NCBI GenBank assembly: GCA_051453625.1
Contig: JBOZIK010000001.1
Location: 5,936,382-5,959,157 of the forward strand
From: Welwitschia mirabilis
Lineage: Eukaryota
DNA length: 22,776 nucleotides
Direction: 5' to 3'
In this document: one piece after another, positions 1-12,540 of the stretch
Position numbering within the stretch: the first letter of the stretch is position 1
How the letters are laid out: each line of letters opens with the position of its first letter
Position numbers and translations under genes: made by a program
Notes under the pieces: model-generated
The model's input: only the letters and a program-made list of their open reading frames with translations
What the model was told of the DNA's origin: nothing
The model's database searches: none

Positions 1-410
1 ATGCTTTCCTTTTATATCTCAATAGTAATTTACTATTCTTCAATCTTTTAATCTTTGTTAAATATATAATCTAGTGTAAAACTTAGTTGTATATTTGATT
101 TTCTTCTAAAATATTATAAGCTCCTTTATGCCATCATTGTATTTGACATTTAAATTGTCAAAATCATATAAGCTATCCTATTTATTCCTTCCCTCTAAGA
201 TATTTAGTCCTAACATTCTAGATAAAAGAAAAATATCTCTTCATTAATACTAACTAACTCCTTTATGGGGTTGTTTTATTTATTATTTATATTATGATTT
301 AAAAATAAATAACAAAGTAGTTCAAAGTTTTTTAGATGATCATAATCTTTTCTTAGATAACTTTCTTTTCATCTAAATTTTCCATATAATTATTTTTACA
401 TTTTGAACAC
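1..410 (-). pseudogene. Possible degenerate retrotransposon gag N-terminal fragment
   Basis: Manual minus-strand translation gives YGKFR*KESYLRKDYDHLKNFELLC, resembling the gag 'KF.G...ED...HL..FE..C' motif. There are many stops, so the match is weak. Confidence 0.3.
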
Positions 411-839
411 TATTTAAAAGCTACTACTAGAGGTTTCATCTCTAAACATTTGTTCTTAAAGAAATTTTTTATAATAATTCCTCAAGCTTGGAAACATTTG
501 ATTTTTGAGAAAAAGTTTACTATGTAAGATTTACAACCAAATATAAGACCTTATCTATATAGATTGATAAGATATTTCAATTAGGTACTTTCTAGTTTAA
601 AGATACCCAATACTAAATTCCTTATGAATATTAATCTCATTTGCAGATTTAAAATAGTTCTTTATAAATTATATTTTGTCTTTATTATTATCATTTTTTA
701 AGCTAATGAATAAAAATTAAGGGTCAAATAGCACCAAATTTTGTTAAGATAATGGTTGCATTTGGTTAAGAAATGAGGACAATAGTATGAATGTCACCAA
801 TGTAATTTTAGAAGATAAGAGATTTAAGGTTGTCCATCT

Positions 840-1330
840 CTTAAAAACTTTAACTAATAAAGTAGAAATAAATCTAGTAATTCCTTTATTAAAATTTATT
901 AATATGCTTTACTGTTTGAGGGATCTAAAACCATCAATGTCCAATAAAAATACTTTATAATAGAAATCACTTATTTACCTCAACTCTTTTCTTCAAAACC
1001 ATCTTTGAAGATTCGATGAAGATCAAGAAGTTGTATCTTGGAATCATTTTAATGCATGAGTCCTTGAATACAAGTCAGCGTTGTATACTTATATGACCCT
1101 ACTTTTTGGATAAGTTCTATAATATCAAAATAATTACTGTTTTACACTTGAAAAATTTATCAGAGCAAATATAATGATGGCCCTACTATGTCATTTTAAA
1201 AGTTTCTTTGTCATCACTAAAACTCTTTTATATATCTTAAGTATTATGTTCTCTAATGCTAGAAATAAATCATTAAATAGATGATTGTTGAATGAGTTTT
1301 TTCTTATAGCTCACCATTCTTAAGATAGAA
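840..1330 (-). pseudogene. Possible highly decayed Ty3/gypsy gag/protease fragment of a different family
   Basis: Minus-strand peptides L*NLSKK, IFKDGFEEK (gag 'F..GL' like) and SILINFNKGITRFISTLLVK (resembles protease 'ILIDSG.T.NFIS..LV'). A possible Met-type PBS lies upstream at 1692-1703. Confidence 0.25.
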
Positions 1331-1691
1331 TATAGGACCCTCATTATGCATGTAAACTCTTAGTGTAACACTAAAACTACATCTTCTATGACTAAGGATT
1401 TAGTTCTCACTTTTCAACCACTAAGTATGTTATGAAAAAATAGAGTAAGACTCCATAATAAGATCTTAAAATAACAAATAAAATATTTAACTTTCTACTA
1501 AGAACATATCAATAAAATGTAAAAATCATTATCTAATTTAACATATAATGTCGATTACTTTAGGCTTTGTCATTCTTATATTTTATTTTCTATTACACTA
1601 ACTAGTTTCAACAACATTGGAATGGCATAATCACTTGCAAAAGTTATTTTCTAGAGAGGACATTTGCATGATTTTTCTAAAAGGATGCAAA

Positions 1692-1703
1692 ACTCTAGTA
1701 CCA
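1692..1703 (-). promoter_or_regulatory. Possible degenerate tRNA-iMet primer binding site
   Basis: Plus strand actctagtacca versus canonical gctctgatacca (9/12, all differences are transitions). It is followed after 4 nt by taatg, a possible mutated TGATG LTR end. Confidence 0.2.
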
Positions 1704-3299
1704 ACTCTAATGAAAGAGCATACCAATGAGAGTCTAAAAGCAATTTAGAATATATATATTTGTCTAAACATCCTTGATGAAACACCATATTTACCTAGGT
1801 AGGATCACTTAAGAAAGTAAGAAAGCTTAATAACTATAGTAATGGACACTATAAAAGGGCCATGGATGAGTAATAACATGATAAAGGAAGTGAGACATGG
1901 GGAATGACATTTTTGAAGGTGAAACGATAGTGTGATGAATTAGTCTTATGGGAGATATATGTAGCATATTATGCTTTCTTTCATATGGGGAAAATAATTA
2001 AGAGATAATATATGAAAAGAAATGATTTAAAGAAAGAAAGAAAATATGGTAAGTTATCAAGATGAAAATTGAATATAAGATGAAGGTAAAGGTAAGGAAG
2101 TGGAAAAGAACATATATCAAATGTTTAGAATGCTCCCTTTAGTTTTGAAACATTCATAAGAAATTCTTTCAAATAATTTCATTTTAATTATTCTCTATAG
2201 AGTATAAGTATGAGGACTAGATCCTTTGAAGAATTTAAGGAAATAAATTAAGGACTTGTAAAAGAAATTCATTTATTTGAAATTTCAAGTGAAATCCAAA
2301 TACTATATGAATATTATTATTTAAAGCTGATATATTACCTTTGGAGATTAAAGTAGTTTGTTAATTTTTAGATTAGGATTAAAGGCTTTAATATTTTAAA
2401 AACATAAATTTTAAAAGTAGTAATAGATGCATATTAAAATAAAGGCTAATTTTTGAAGGGAAATAATGGTAAGACAAGTGCAATGTAGATGTGGTCATTT
2501 TGAAAATAATATAAGCCAACTACAAGAGATATTTTAGCAAAAGGAACTATAACAAATATTCTTTGATTTAGATTGGAATAGAAAGATTTATTTTGATAAG
2601 ATTAAAGGAGAGAACTATATTAAGGAACCCTTTTGTTTAATGTTGTAATTTTAATTAAAATTAAATCATTAATTAGTAGAATAATAATGAGTAGTTATTA
2701 TCTTCACATTAAAATAAAAATATGGTAAGATATTTTGAAGAAATTAATAAACATATAGGATATGTATAGCTAAATCCATTAAAGATGAACATTTTTTTTT
2801 CTTAAGTGCTTTTAAACGTCTTTGTTAATAGTAATATAAACCATAATTATAGGTAAATTATTTATTTTATTTTATCATACCCTTTATTTTAATCATTATT
2901 AGAAGGCTATGTTTAAATTATTATGATGTATAGCTTTTCCATCCTATATATCTTATGGATGTTTACAACCATAATAAAGAAAGTTCAATTTCTAATTTGT
3001 AATTTTAAAAAATAAAAGGATTCTCATTTATTTCGTCTATATTAAACATACAAATGACACAAATAAAGACTTAACTAGGTTTATATTATTTAGATATTTT
3101 AAATTATTCTAAGAATTTTACTAAGATAAAGCTTTCTAGGCATACCAAAATCATCATTAAGTTTGTAGACACCTCTTTCTATTATTTTCTTAAATGCTTG
3201 TACTTTCATAAATATGTATTTTGTTATATATAGCCTTGTGTAATGTTAAAAGATATTAGCTAGATTTGGGATGTATTTTAGGATTATTTAGATTATTTA

Positions 3300-4131
3300 G
3301 CTAAAAATTAATTTCACTCATCATTCAATTAGTTTTCCTACTTTCTATTATTAGATCTTTATAGAAAAATCTTATAGTTCTTTAGTCTTTAAAGCCATGT
3401 TAGGGTTATTTCATAAGAAAATATTTTCAATGATTAAAATATATATGAAAAGGATCATTATAATGTTATGTAAACTATAATTTAACATGTTAAATCATTG
3501 GTTTTATCTACTAGAAAGAATTATTCCAAAATCATATGATTGAAATATCTCTGTTACCTAATGAAATAAAGTTCTAAGAAATAGATGAAAGATTTACCCT
3601 TTTCTTTTATGGTAAATGAATAAATTTTGTTTTAATAACATCATTATGATAACCTATGTGTTAAATGATTAACAATTTAAAACTTGTAAGGATGTTTATA
3701 ATGATCTTCACAATTAAGAAATAAAATTTTGGCAAAACATTGATAATGTTAAAGTTAATTTTAAAATTATTAATATAAAGAGGTAAGGTTGTAAAAGATG
3801 AAAAAGATAAATAATTTTAGTTTTCATAGGTTTCTAAGAGTTTTCCAAGGAAAATTACTATGGTAAGTATTTCTCTCTTCATGAAGTATTATGGTATAGT
3901 TAAAGAAATCTCATAGTGCTTAGGGTTTTATGACATAAATGTTGTAGTTTCACAAGCATGAAAAGAATGCATAAAGTAATTTTCCTAGAAATCATTAAAA
4001 TGAGGTCTTTCTTTATTAAATTATTTGTAAATTCATTACTAGACTTCTTAATATAATAATAAATAATAGTTCAAGATCAGTGTTAATATTTTTATAATAG
4101 ACTATAAAAATAAAAGAGTATGATATGACAT
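3300..4131 (-). pseudogene. Decayed Ty3/gypsy (Athila-like) RNase H and start of integrase region
   Basis: Minus-strand peptides occur in the expected order: KREILTIVIFLGK (cf. EKEMLAIVFALEK), IVNHLTH (cf. VADHLSR) and FWNNSF (cf. YWDDPFL). The relic is cut off at 4131 by an LTR. Confidence 0.6.
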
Positions 4132-4323
4132 CCTTGCAGTGTGAATTTATGCAATTTTGAAGTCCTTTGATAAATCTGTAAATCAAATTACTTGTTAAAA
4201 AACACATGCTAGTATAGATGGAAGTTCACCCGAATGTTGTAATACCAATGAAGGCACTAGGCTTAGAGTTAGAGAATTGATTTCCAAAGGTATTTTTAGT
4301 CTTTTTATCTTTTAATAACTAAA
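4132..4323 (-). repeat. LTR fragment (same family as 5719-6938 and 15067-15780), running into a gap
   Basis: Aligns with the other LTRs: ttgcagtgtgaa...catgctagtatagatgg...ccaatgaaggcactaggcttagagttaga. No PBS precedes it, so it is a 3' or solo LTR. Confidence 0.88.
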
Positions 4324-4423
4324 NNNNNNNNNNNNNNNNNNNNNNNNNNNNNNNNNNNNNNNNNNNNNNNNNNNNNNNNNNNNNNNNNNNNNNNNNNNNN
4401 NNNNNNNNNNNNNNNNNNNNNNN
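4324..4423. other. Assembly gap (100 N)
   Basis: Run of N. Confidence 0.99.
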
Positions 4424-4925
4424 TTTCATCTTCATCTTTTGAATAAGATTCAAGCTTTAATAAAGATGACAAATCTTCTTCAGAATTGGAACCACTTTCT
4501 GATAACTTTATGCATGATTATTTCAATGAATCTTTGACTTGTCTAGTGGTTTCTAGCTTACCTTTGCCTTTCCCTCAAGATGATGTATTGCAAGACTTGT
4601 TGAAAAAGCATAAGCAAGACAAATGATGATCCCTCTTAAACCTTGGATGCATAGACTTTACTTTTTGCATGATTGATGTTCTTTTCATAAACTCATGTGT
4701 GAAAATTGACATGAGTAGCCTCCTAGTTTATGACCCTTTATCCAACCTTTGCTTTCATATTGTTAAGTCTTTACCCATGTATTACATTAGAAAATCATGT
4801 CATAAGAAACATTTAGATTCATTTTATGATCTTATATTATGTTTGTTCTTTATATTAGACTAAGGATGGATAAGTTTATTCATAATGAAATTTATATCAC
4901 CTGATGGTGTCTCTCTCATGGAACT

Positions 4926-5718
4926 TGTTGCGATGCTAATTTGTAAGAATTTGATGGTGCATTTGGAGTACTTTTGTAGAAAATTTATACAAGTTTAGAT
5001 GCAATTTTGATGATTATGGAGAGTTAATGGAATGGTCAAGGAAACACATAATTCTTGACATATTTGGAGGCATTTCAAGCATGATCTGGTACTTAGCGTG
5101 TTGGAGGAAGATTAATGATAAAGAAGGTTGATTTTCTTTAGCTAGAGAGATTTGAAAGGGTATAGCTCCCACTTTTGTCCCCACGATAGACAAGATGACA
5201 ACACTATATTAGCCTATTGCAATAGTAACTTGGATAGGAGCTTGGAGCTAATGAGCATCCTTTTCTAAGGAGGTATCATCTTCATTATTGTCCCCATAAT
5301 ATGAGGGATGATGACACCTTGGGAACTCACTGAGGGGCCGTTTGTAGAGCTAGAAGATGATGAATTATTTGCTATTATGGGGCTTTGTCCCCAGTGCCAT
5401 CCCCATGATAGTTAGGATAATAGCTATTTTGTAAAAGCAGGACTAGATTATCTTATAAGAGGGTCATGTGTCCCACCTGGGCTACTAGTTCTCTAACTTT
5501 TAGGGTTATGGTTCTAGAACTTTTAATGTAAAACTATAGATACATTTCTTGTCCTCACTTCTAATTTATCTTTTGTACCCAATGCTCTTGTGATAAAAGA
5601 CTGAAGGACAAAAGGCCTATCCAATAACTACAGGGAGAAGTTACCCTTAGTGTTGGGCTGAGTATCCTCCATTAATGAGCTGCTACTTTGTTGTAAGTGG
5701 ACGTCAAAGTTTTATGAT
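4926..5718 (+). repeat. Partial LTR of the same family in the opposite orientation, interrupted at 5718
   Basis: Begins TGTTGCGATGCTAATTTGTAAGAATTT, the reverse complement of the LTR end at 6938. 5640-5715 is the reverse complement of about 6280-6352. Confidence 0.88.
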
Positions 5719-6938
5719 TATTATAGTGTGAACTTATACAATTTTGAAGTCTTTTAGGTAAATCTATAAATTAAGTAACTTGTAGAAAAACACATGCTAG
5801 TATAGATGGGAGTTTCCTTGACTGTCGTAATCCCAATGAAGGCACTAGGCTTAGAGTTAGAAAATTAATTCCTAAAGATATTCTTAGTTTTTTTATCTTT
5901 TAATAACTGAAAGTAAATAATAAAGTACAATGAAATACACAGTGAATGGAGATGAAATGTAAAATAGAAGTGGATTGAATTCTATTGGATCCTAATCCTT
6001 CTGTCATAAGAACTAGCTTCTCTATAATTCAGATCAATTAGGAAGAGTACTCAACTTATTTCTAATTAACATGAACTATGAGATATACTAAATAGAATAT
6101 GGAATACAATGTAAAATAAAAATGGAATACAATGCAAATCTAAACTAACCAAAGTCAACTTTGATAAAGGTTGCCCTTATGATCTAAATCAATTATAGCA
6201 TTATTACTAGACTACAACCAACTTAAATCATAAGGGGCATAAATAGAATTTTAATTAAAAAGAGTAATTGTATGGATTTCAAAACTTCACATCCACTTAC
6301 AACAAAATAGCAGCACCTTAATGGAAGAGACTTACCCTAACACTAAGGGAACTCCTTTTTGTAGTTACTGGATGAAAATTTTGTCCTTTATAAAAGATGG
6401 TAACAGAAATGAAGTAGGAGAAGCGTATTTACATTTTAAATTAAAGTTCTAGAAGCTCAATCTAAAAGTAAAAAAGAAACCCTAATAGCCTAAATAGGTC
6501 ACTTGACGCCATCACAAAAATAATTCTTCTTAATCATAGAAAAACAGTTGTCATCCTGACTATCATGGGGATAACATAGGGGACATCACTTTATGTCAAA
6601 AGGCCCTTCATCAGCTTTAGGCCCCGCTGTCAATCCCACAGCTTCTGTCCATGTCAATAGTGCTATTATCTTACCTATCATGGGAATGACAGAGGGGATG
6701 ACAGACTTCCTTATCTCCAATCTCAAAGGTAAGTTAGTCTTTTGTATGATGAATCCTTCTTCTAAGTATGCATTATCAGAATAAACTTGAAAAACCTCTA
6801 AATATGCTAAGAATCACATGTTTCAATGACCATCCTATCAAGTCCATGTAATCATTAGTATTGCATCCAAACCTATATAACTATCCTGCAAAAGCACTCA
6901 AATACATCATGAAATTCTTATAAATTGGCATCGCAACA
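5719..6938 (-). repeat. 3' LTR (1220 bp) of the main element
   Basis: Plus strand starts tattatagtgtg (mutated TGTTGCAGTGTG, cf. 15067) and ends tcgcaaca. The termini form a TGTTGC...GCAACA inverted repeat, and the LTR abuts the PPT. Confidence 0.92.
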
Positions 6939-6955
6939 TAGCCTTTTACTTAGCC
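6939..6955 (-). promoter_or_regulatory. Polypurine tract (plus-strand priming site)
   Basis: Minus strand GGCTAAGTAAAAGGCTA lies directly before TGTTGC. It is homologous to GGCTAAGTGGGAGGATTG at 19939-19956. Confidence 0.75.
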
Positions 6956-9104
6956 TTGTGAGTCCCTGATAAGGTAAGCGATCAACTGTATCGTGAGCCA
7001 ATTTGACTAAGATAAAATAACACAACAAAGATGTAAATTGAGTTCAATTAAATCATGTAAGAATAAATATCACAAACAAATTAACTAATACAAATGCTAA
7101 AAACATCCCTAGGCCCTCTACTTAAGCATGTCACCATAGAAGAAATGAATGTCATACACATACAAAAACCATAAAATGTAACATTGATAACTCAGGAAAT
7201 GATAATGTATATGCATATTATAGAAATAGAGAAAATGGACTGATGTGATAGAATTAAGCAATGCTAATCTCGAAAGAGTAATGCATTTAAGTTCATTAGT
7301 GTAATCCATAAGGGCAAAAGGACAAGAGTAGAGATAGCATTCTTTCCTCACATCCCCCTTCTTCTTTTTTTTTTTTAGATGATTTGAAACATAGCTACAA
7401 GAAAATTCTTTGAGTGTGCTATTATACTTTTGCAAGATAAAGTTCATGAATTTATTTAATTAACATAAAAAAATCCAAAAAACTCATCATATATATTCCT
7501 TTTAAAAATTGTGTTCAAAATCACAGAATAAAGCCCAAAAAGATGTCTTACCCCTGCCTCATGATTCCACAGGAGAAGAAAGATGTCCCAAATTACACTA
7601 AAGATAAAGGATGAGTATCATCCCATATGTCGTGGGGATGAGAGACATGGGATGATAGTGATCAAATAGGCTATTTGGAGGGAAAAAGATAAACCAAAAA
7701 AATTCCAAAAATAGGCAAACATAGAAAAAAGCAAAAAAAATAGAAAGAAGATATAAAGTGAAGAAATAGCCTAAACAACATGCCCATGGTGGAGAGAGAT
7801 GCATGGAGGAAACTGTAAAAGTAGAAGAAAATGCACTAAGTAGAAAGAAACATTGCTCACCGACTTCACAAATGTGCCTAAACTCATTGAAAAAGAAGAA
7901 CTAGAACTCATTAGATCATAAGAACCTATCAAGAAGAGAACAACAATCCTCTATGTAAATTAGTAAAAACAAAAAAATAAGAAACTAGGAAATGATTAGA
8001 TCCATAATATCATGCAAAAAAAATATAGAAAATAACTTTGAAAAATCCAATAAGATAGCTAAAGAAAAACAAAATGAAAATGGATAACTAGGAACATAAA
8101 GAAGATTACTTACTTATCCTAAATTTTAACCTAATAAATCCCCTTGGCAATAATCATAAAATCACTTAATAGAATATGCATGATACTATGTGGAAACTAT
8201 AAAGTGCTACTCAATTAGGTAATAATTATGATGATGTCAAGTATGTCTAATGTTATCAAATAATAAGTGATAAGATAACAAGCTATTTAAAACAGGAGTG
8301 TACAAGCTACCATATTAAAACAATACTAGAATCCAAAAAGTAGAGTGATCTTGTAGAAGTACTATAAATAAATAAATAAAAATAAGTCTAGAAAACAAGT
8401 AATACCTTTAATAACACTAGGGATATCACTGATCTCATAGCCTTGAAGTGAAATTTATTCTACCATGATGAGGGGAGTGCAATCACTATAAGAGAAGCAA
8501 GGACTCACACAGCTTAGCCAATGGACCCCTTAGTGAAGTTTTCACAGCTATCATATCACACTGCCAAATGCTCCTCTTGTAAATATTTGCGCTAATGCTT
8601 GTGGTAGAACATTATGATAATCATGTTTTTGAGACATAGCATGAAAGATTATGATCTTTATTTATTTTCTTTATCTTTCTTTCTCTTTATTTTTCTTTTG
8701 TTTTTTTTTTTTGGAGTAACATTCCACATTACCAAGTACTTATAAGGATAAAAGCAAAGTAATGAGATGATTAACAAAGTAAGAACATGTAAAACAACTA
8801 ATTACTCATACCATTGAAAGAGAACAAATGAACCAAGGCATCTTCCTTCAAAATGAAGTTCATAGACATACAAACATCTGAAGATTGGATGAAGCCAATC
8901 TTATATTTAAATACCCAAGTAAAATATTACTAATCATGAAAACTTCATAAGTAAATACATATGTCAATTTAAAAATATTTAAGTGATATCATTATGTTTA
9001 CCTAATAAATGATTTAAGAAGGGATTTAGATAATGACAAAAGAAAGGTCCTCCTCATTAAAAGGAGATTTCAAAACAAGTGCTTCTATTATGTTCAAGGT
9101 TTCA

Positions 9105-10150
9105 TCAGAAGATGAACAATAAAATTTTAATCTTTACCCCATTAAATTTTTGAATTTTTTTAGTGTTTGGATTAGAGATTTTAACTGGGCAATTTAAATG
9201 TACTTTTTTTATATAATAAGATTCCAACCATTTAGAAGTTAACTTGTTATGCAAAAGGTATACTTGGGTATTATATAAAAGGACAAGTTTACTAGATTCA
9301 AATAGCTTATGAATAATCTTTTTATAATGTCTGAACTTGGCTTGAGTTTTATAAATGAGTTGACAATGTAAAGCATTAGTGCATTTTTCATATAAATTAT
9401 CAAGTTGGGAAAATCGAGTTTTAAGGTTTTCATTCAAGTCTACAAGGTTAACTTAATGGATGAAGTGATAAGAATTATAGAAAGCATCAATAGATAAAAT
9501 ACAAACTTTTCCATACAAAAGTTCATATGGTGAGAAACCTAGAGAGTTATCTCAAGTAGTACAGTAAGCCCAAAGAACATTATTAAGTTTAGAGGAATAT
9601 GTTTTCTTATATAGAGACTAATTTTTTAAACATTTTTTTAATTTGTCTATTTGCATTTTTGGCTTTTCCATTAGTTTGAGAATGATAGGCACATGAAACA
9701 TCTATGTTCAACACCAATAGATAAAAGAAGTTTTCGAAAAAGTTGGTTAATGAAATGAATTCCCTAATCAGTAATGATAATTCATGGAAAACTAAAACAT
9801 TGAAAGATATGAGTTCAAACAAAGTTGCACATGGTTCGAACATCATTTTTGGTAGTAGGAAAAGCTTCTAACCACCTAGTAACATAATCAATAATGATAA
9901 GGATATAATTTTTGTCATTAAAAGGTGATGTAATAGGGACTACAAAGTGAATTAACCAATAATCAAAAGGTTTACATTCAAGTATAGGTTTAAGTAACAT
10001 ATCATGAGAACAAGTTAGGCTACCATCATGTTGACATTGCACCTTCTAGTAAAGTAATATGAATTCTTAAAAAGAGTAGGCCAAAAAAACTAGAGTGAAG
10101 AATTTTCATGATAGTATTTTGGCCACTAAAGTATCCCTTACATATCCTAC
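9105..10150 (-). pseudogene. Integrase (degenerate)
   Basis: ORF-track peptides PFDYWLIHFVVP...YILIIIDYVTRWLEAFPTTKND, AYHSQTNGKAKNANRQIKK and VLLYN...KLTSKWLESYYIKKV...KFNGVKIK match the Athila integrase core and GPF module. Confidence 0.92.
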
Positions 10151-10449
10151 CATGGTAAGGTTTTAGAATTTCTAAGCTTTTCCACTCAAGTACATGCTTA
10201 TGCATGATTTAATCTTTGCAATGTCTATAGAGATGGGTTCATTCCACTCATAGTCACTGATCGTATGAAGAAAAGTTTCACAGGTTATGGTTCCAATGCT
10301 GAAGAGTTTTCATAGTCATAAGATAGTTCATAATATCAACATATCAAGGAGTAGGATGAGTAAAAGAGATAGAATAAAGTTATTTAATCACAAAGAATTA
10401 TTCATCAGGAAAAGAGTCATTAATGGGAACTTCATCATAAGAGTAAGAA

Positions 10450-10810
10450 AGTTGAGATAGATGATCAGCAATACTATTATGTTTTCTAGAATTATCACTG
10501 ATGGTTAGATTAAATTCTTGCATGATAAAATCCATCTAATAAGTTTGATGCTAAAGTCTTTTTTAATCATAAGATAGCAAATGGCTACATAATCTTTGTA
10601 AACATTAATGTGAAAATCAATAAGATAATGTAGAAGATGATCTAGAAAAAATGATAATGGCAAGTATTTCCCTCTTGATAATGGTATAGTTAGATTAGGC
10701 TTAGGACAAAGTGTTACTAAGATAAGATATGACTTTGAAATCATTTTCATACTTTTAGCCAAGAACCCCCCATAGCAATGTTGCTTGCATCAGACATAAG
10801 TTCAAAATCT
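10450..10810 (-). pseudogene. RNase H (degenerate)
   Basis: Peptides ELMSDASNIAM, NYTIIKRKILAII, IKLIRWIL and NSIADHLSQL. Confidence 0.9.
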
Positions 10811-10949
10811 TTACTCTAAGAAGAACCCATAATAATAGGTTTAGAAGAAATGTTTTCTTAAAGAGTTTCAAATGCAAGTTATGAATTGTTTTAATCGAAT
10901 TTAACATCTTTTTCAAGTAAGAAGTGGAGAGGTTTACAAATTATGGCAT

Positions 10950-11760
10950 AATCACGAATAAAACATCACTAAAAACTAGCATAAACAAGGAAATATTTAA
11001 CTTGTTTAATATTACTTAAAGGGCTAAGGTTTTTAATGATATCAACTTTTGTGGAATTCATCCTAATCCCTTCTTTCAAAATATGATGTCCTAAGACAAT
11101 TCTATAATTAACAAAGAAAAAGATCTTTTTCTAACTCAAGTGTAAGCCACTCTTAATACATCATTCTAGGACTTTCTCTAATCTCTCTATGATTTGCTCA
11201 AAAGCACCACCAAAGATGGAGAAGTTATCCATAAATATTTCAATATAATCTTCTATTATATTAAGAAATATCCTTATCATATCTTATTAAAAGGTTCCAT
11301 TGGTATTGCAAAGTCTAAAGAACATTCATCTAAAAGCAAATGTTCCAAAGGGTAAGGTAAAAGTGGTTTTAGCTTAGTATTCACTTGCTATACAAATTTG
11401 ATTATAGCCACTATACCCATCAAGAAAATAGTAGCAGGCATAACCTTAGATTTTATCAAGTACTTGATTAAGAAAGGATTAAGGATAATGATCCTTTTAA
11501 GTTTTCTAAAATTAATGCACATTCTTCATTTTCCACCCTTCTTTGAATCTACAATTAAAGGAATAATTCACTCACTATCATACATGGCATATATGACTCC
11601 AGCATTCATAAGTTTAATGACTTCATCTTTAATGATTTGTTTAAAGGCCAAATTGAGTCTTCTTTGGAGCTACATAATAGGTTTAATATTATCTTCAAAG
11701 TAAATCTTGTGTTGAACTATGAAAAAGGAATGGCAGATAAGTCTTTATGTGTCCAAGAAA
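10950..11760 (-). pseudogene. Reverse transcriptase (degenerate)
   Basis: Peptides KDHYP, FLDGYSGYNQI, KTTFTLPFGTFAFR and IEIFMDNFSIFG. The catalytic FMDD is mutated to FMDN at about 11225. Confidence 0.93.
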
Positions 11761-12239
11761 AGGCATTTTCTTTTAAAGTTAAGAATGAGGTCAAGTTTGA
11801 TTCTTATTGAGGAGTGAGAAGGTCACTAATTATTAGGGGTTTTATTTGATTTTAAGATAAAAATATATTTTAAACCTTAGGGTAGTTTCTTAAGTTCAAG
11901 GCTGATATTTTAAGATGTTGTTCCTCTATCGTGGGAACGACAAACATGGGACAACACTATATAAAAAGTTTTTCTACCAAGTAAAAATGTTGAATCTCTC
12001 CTTAGTTAGTGTGTTCTTCATTCTTAGACTTAAAATAATGTGTTTTAGTGGGATTATCATATAAAGTTATCATGTAGCATAATCAATCTTTCCTCAATTA
12101 ATCATTTTTGTAAAAACAAGGTTAGTTTCAGTTCATCTTCGAAGTTAAACTTAGTTCATGTGTCCTTTTCAATAACATCAAAAAATATAATGGTAAATTG
12201 TTTATTTTCAAAAATGACATCCCATTATCCTAGATCGTG

Positions 12240-12540
12240 TGTCAATGATAGAATGGATAATTGCATAGAAGGCTTTTTCTAAAAGGAGTGGATAACCTCC
12301 ATCATGTTCTATTTCAATGATGATAAGATCTATGGTATAAAAAGATTTCTCGATTTAGATAACTAAGTCCTTGATAATTTATAATGGTTTCTTGATTAAG
12401 GTATTAGCCAATTCTAAGATAATTTGTGTAGGTTCTATTCTATTTTCTAATTGAAGTTTCTTACATATGTGAAGAGGCATGATTTTTACACTTGTTCTTA
12501 TATAAATTAAAGATTTTGAATTCTTTTTTTTCCTTCTAAG
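12240..12540 (-). pseudogene. Aspartic protease (degenerate)
   Basis: Peptides KSLIYIRTSVKIMPLHICKKL (cf. ALCDLGASVNIMP), PTQIILELAN and YPLLLEKAF (cf. PIILGRPFL). Confidence 0.85.

Noticed and set aside
1710..3300. Possible host gene or DNA transposon
   Set aside because: No ORF, recognisable motifs or terminal repeats. Probably very old repeat debris, left unassigned.
5714..5718. Confirmed target-site duplication for the main element
   Set aside because: The other end of the element is missing, so no matching copy can be shown.
6593..7804. Short ORFs in the LTR and 3' region, including hydrophobic 7598-7804 as a candidate env TM segment
   Set aside because: Hydrophobicity and Lys runs come from A/T tracts, and no family motifs are present.
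9000..9105. Chromodomain, or a second (archaeal-type) RNase H
   Set aside because: Integrase ends right after the GPF-type module and only one RH is visible, which argues against chromovirus and Tat/Ogre.
6595..9115. CTGATGA hammerhead-core hits on the minus strand (about 6610 and 9105), retrozyme idea
   Set aside because: No stem II followed by GAAA and no cleavage triplet geometry. The 9105 hit is simply the integrase stop region.
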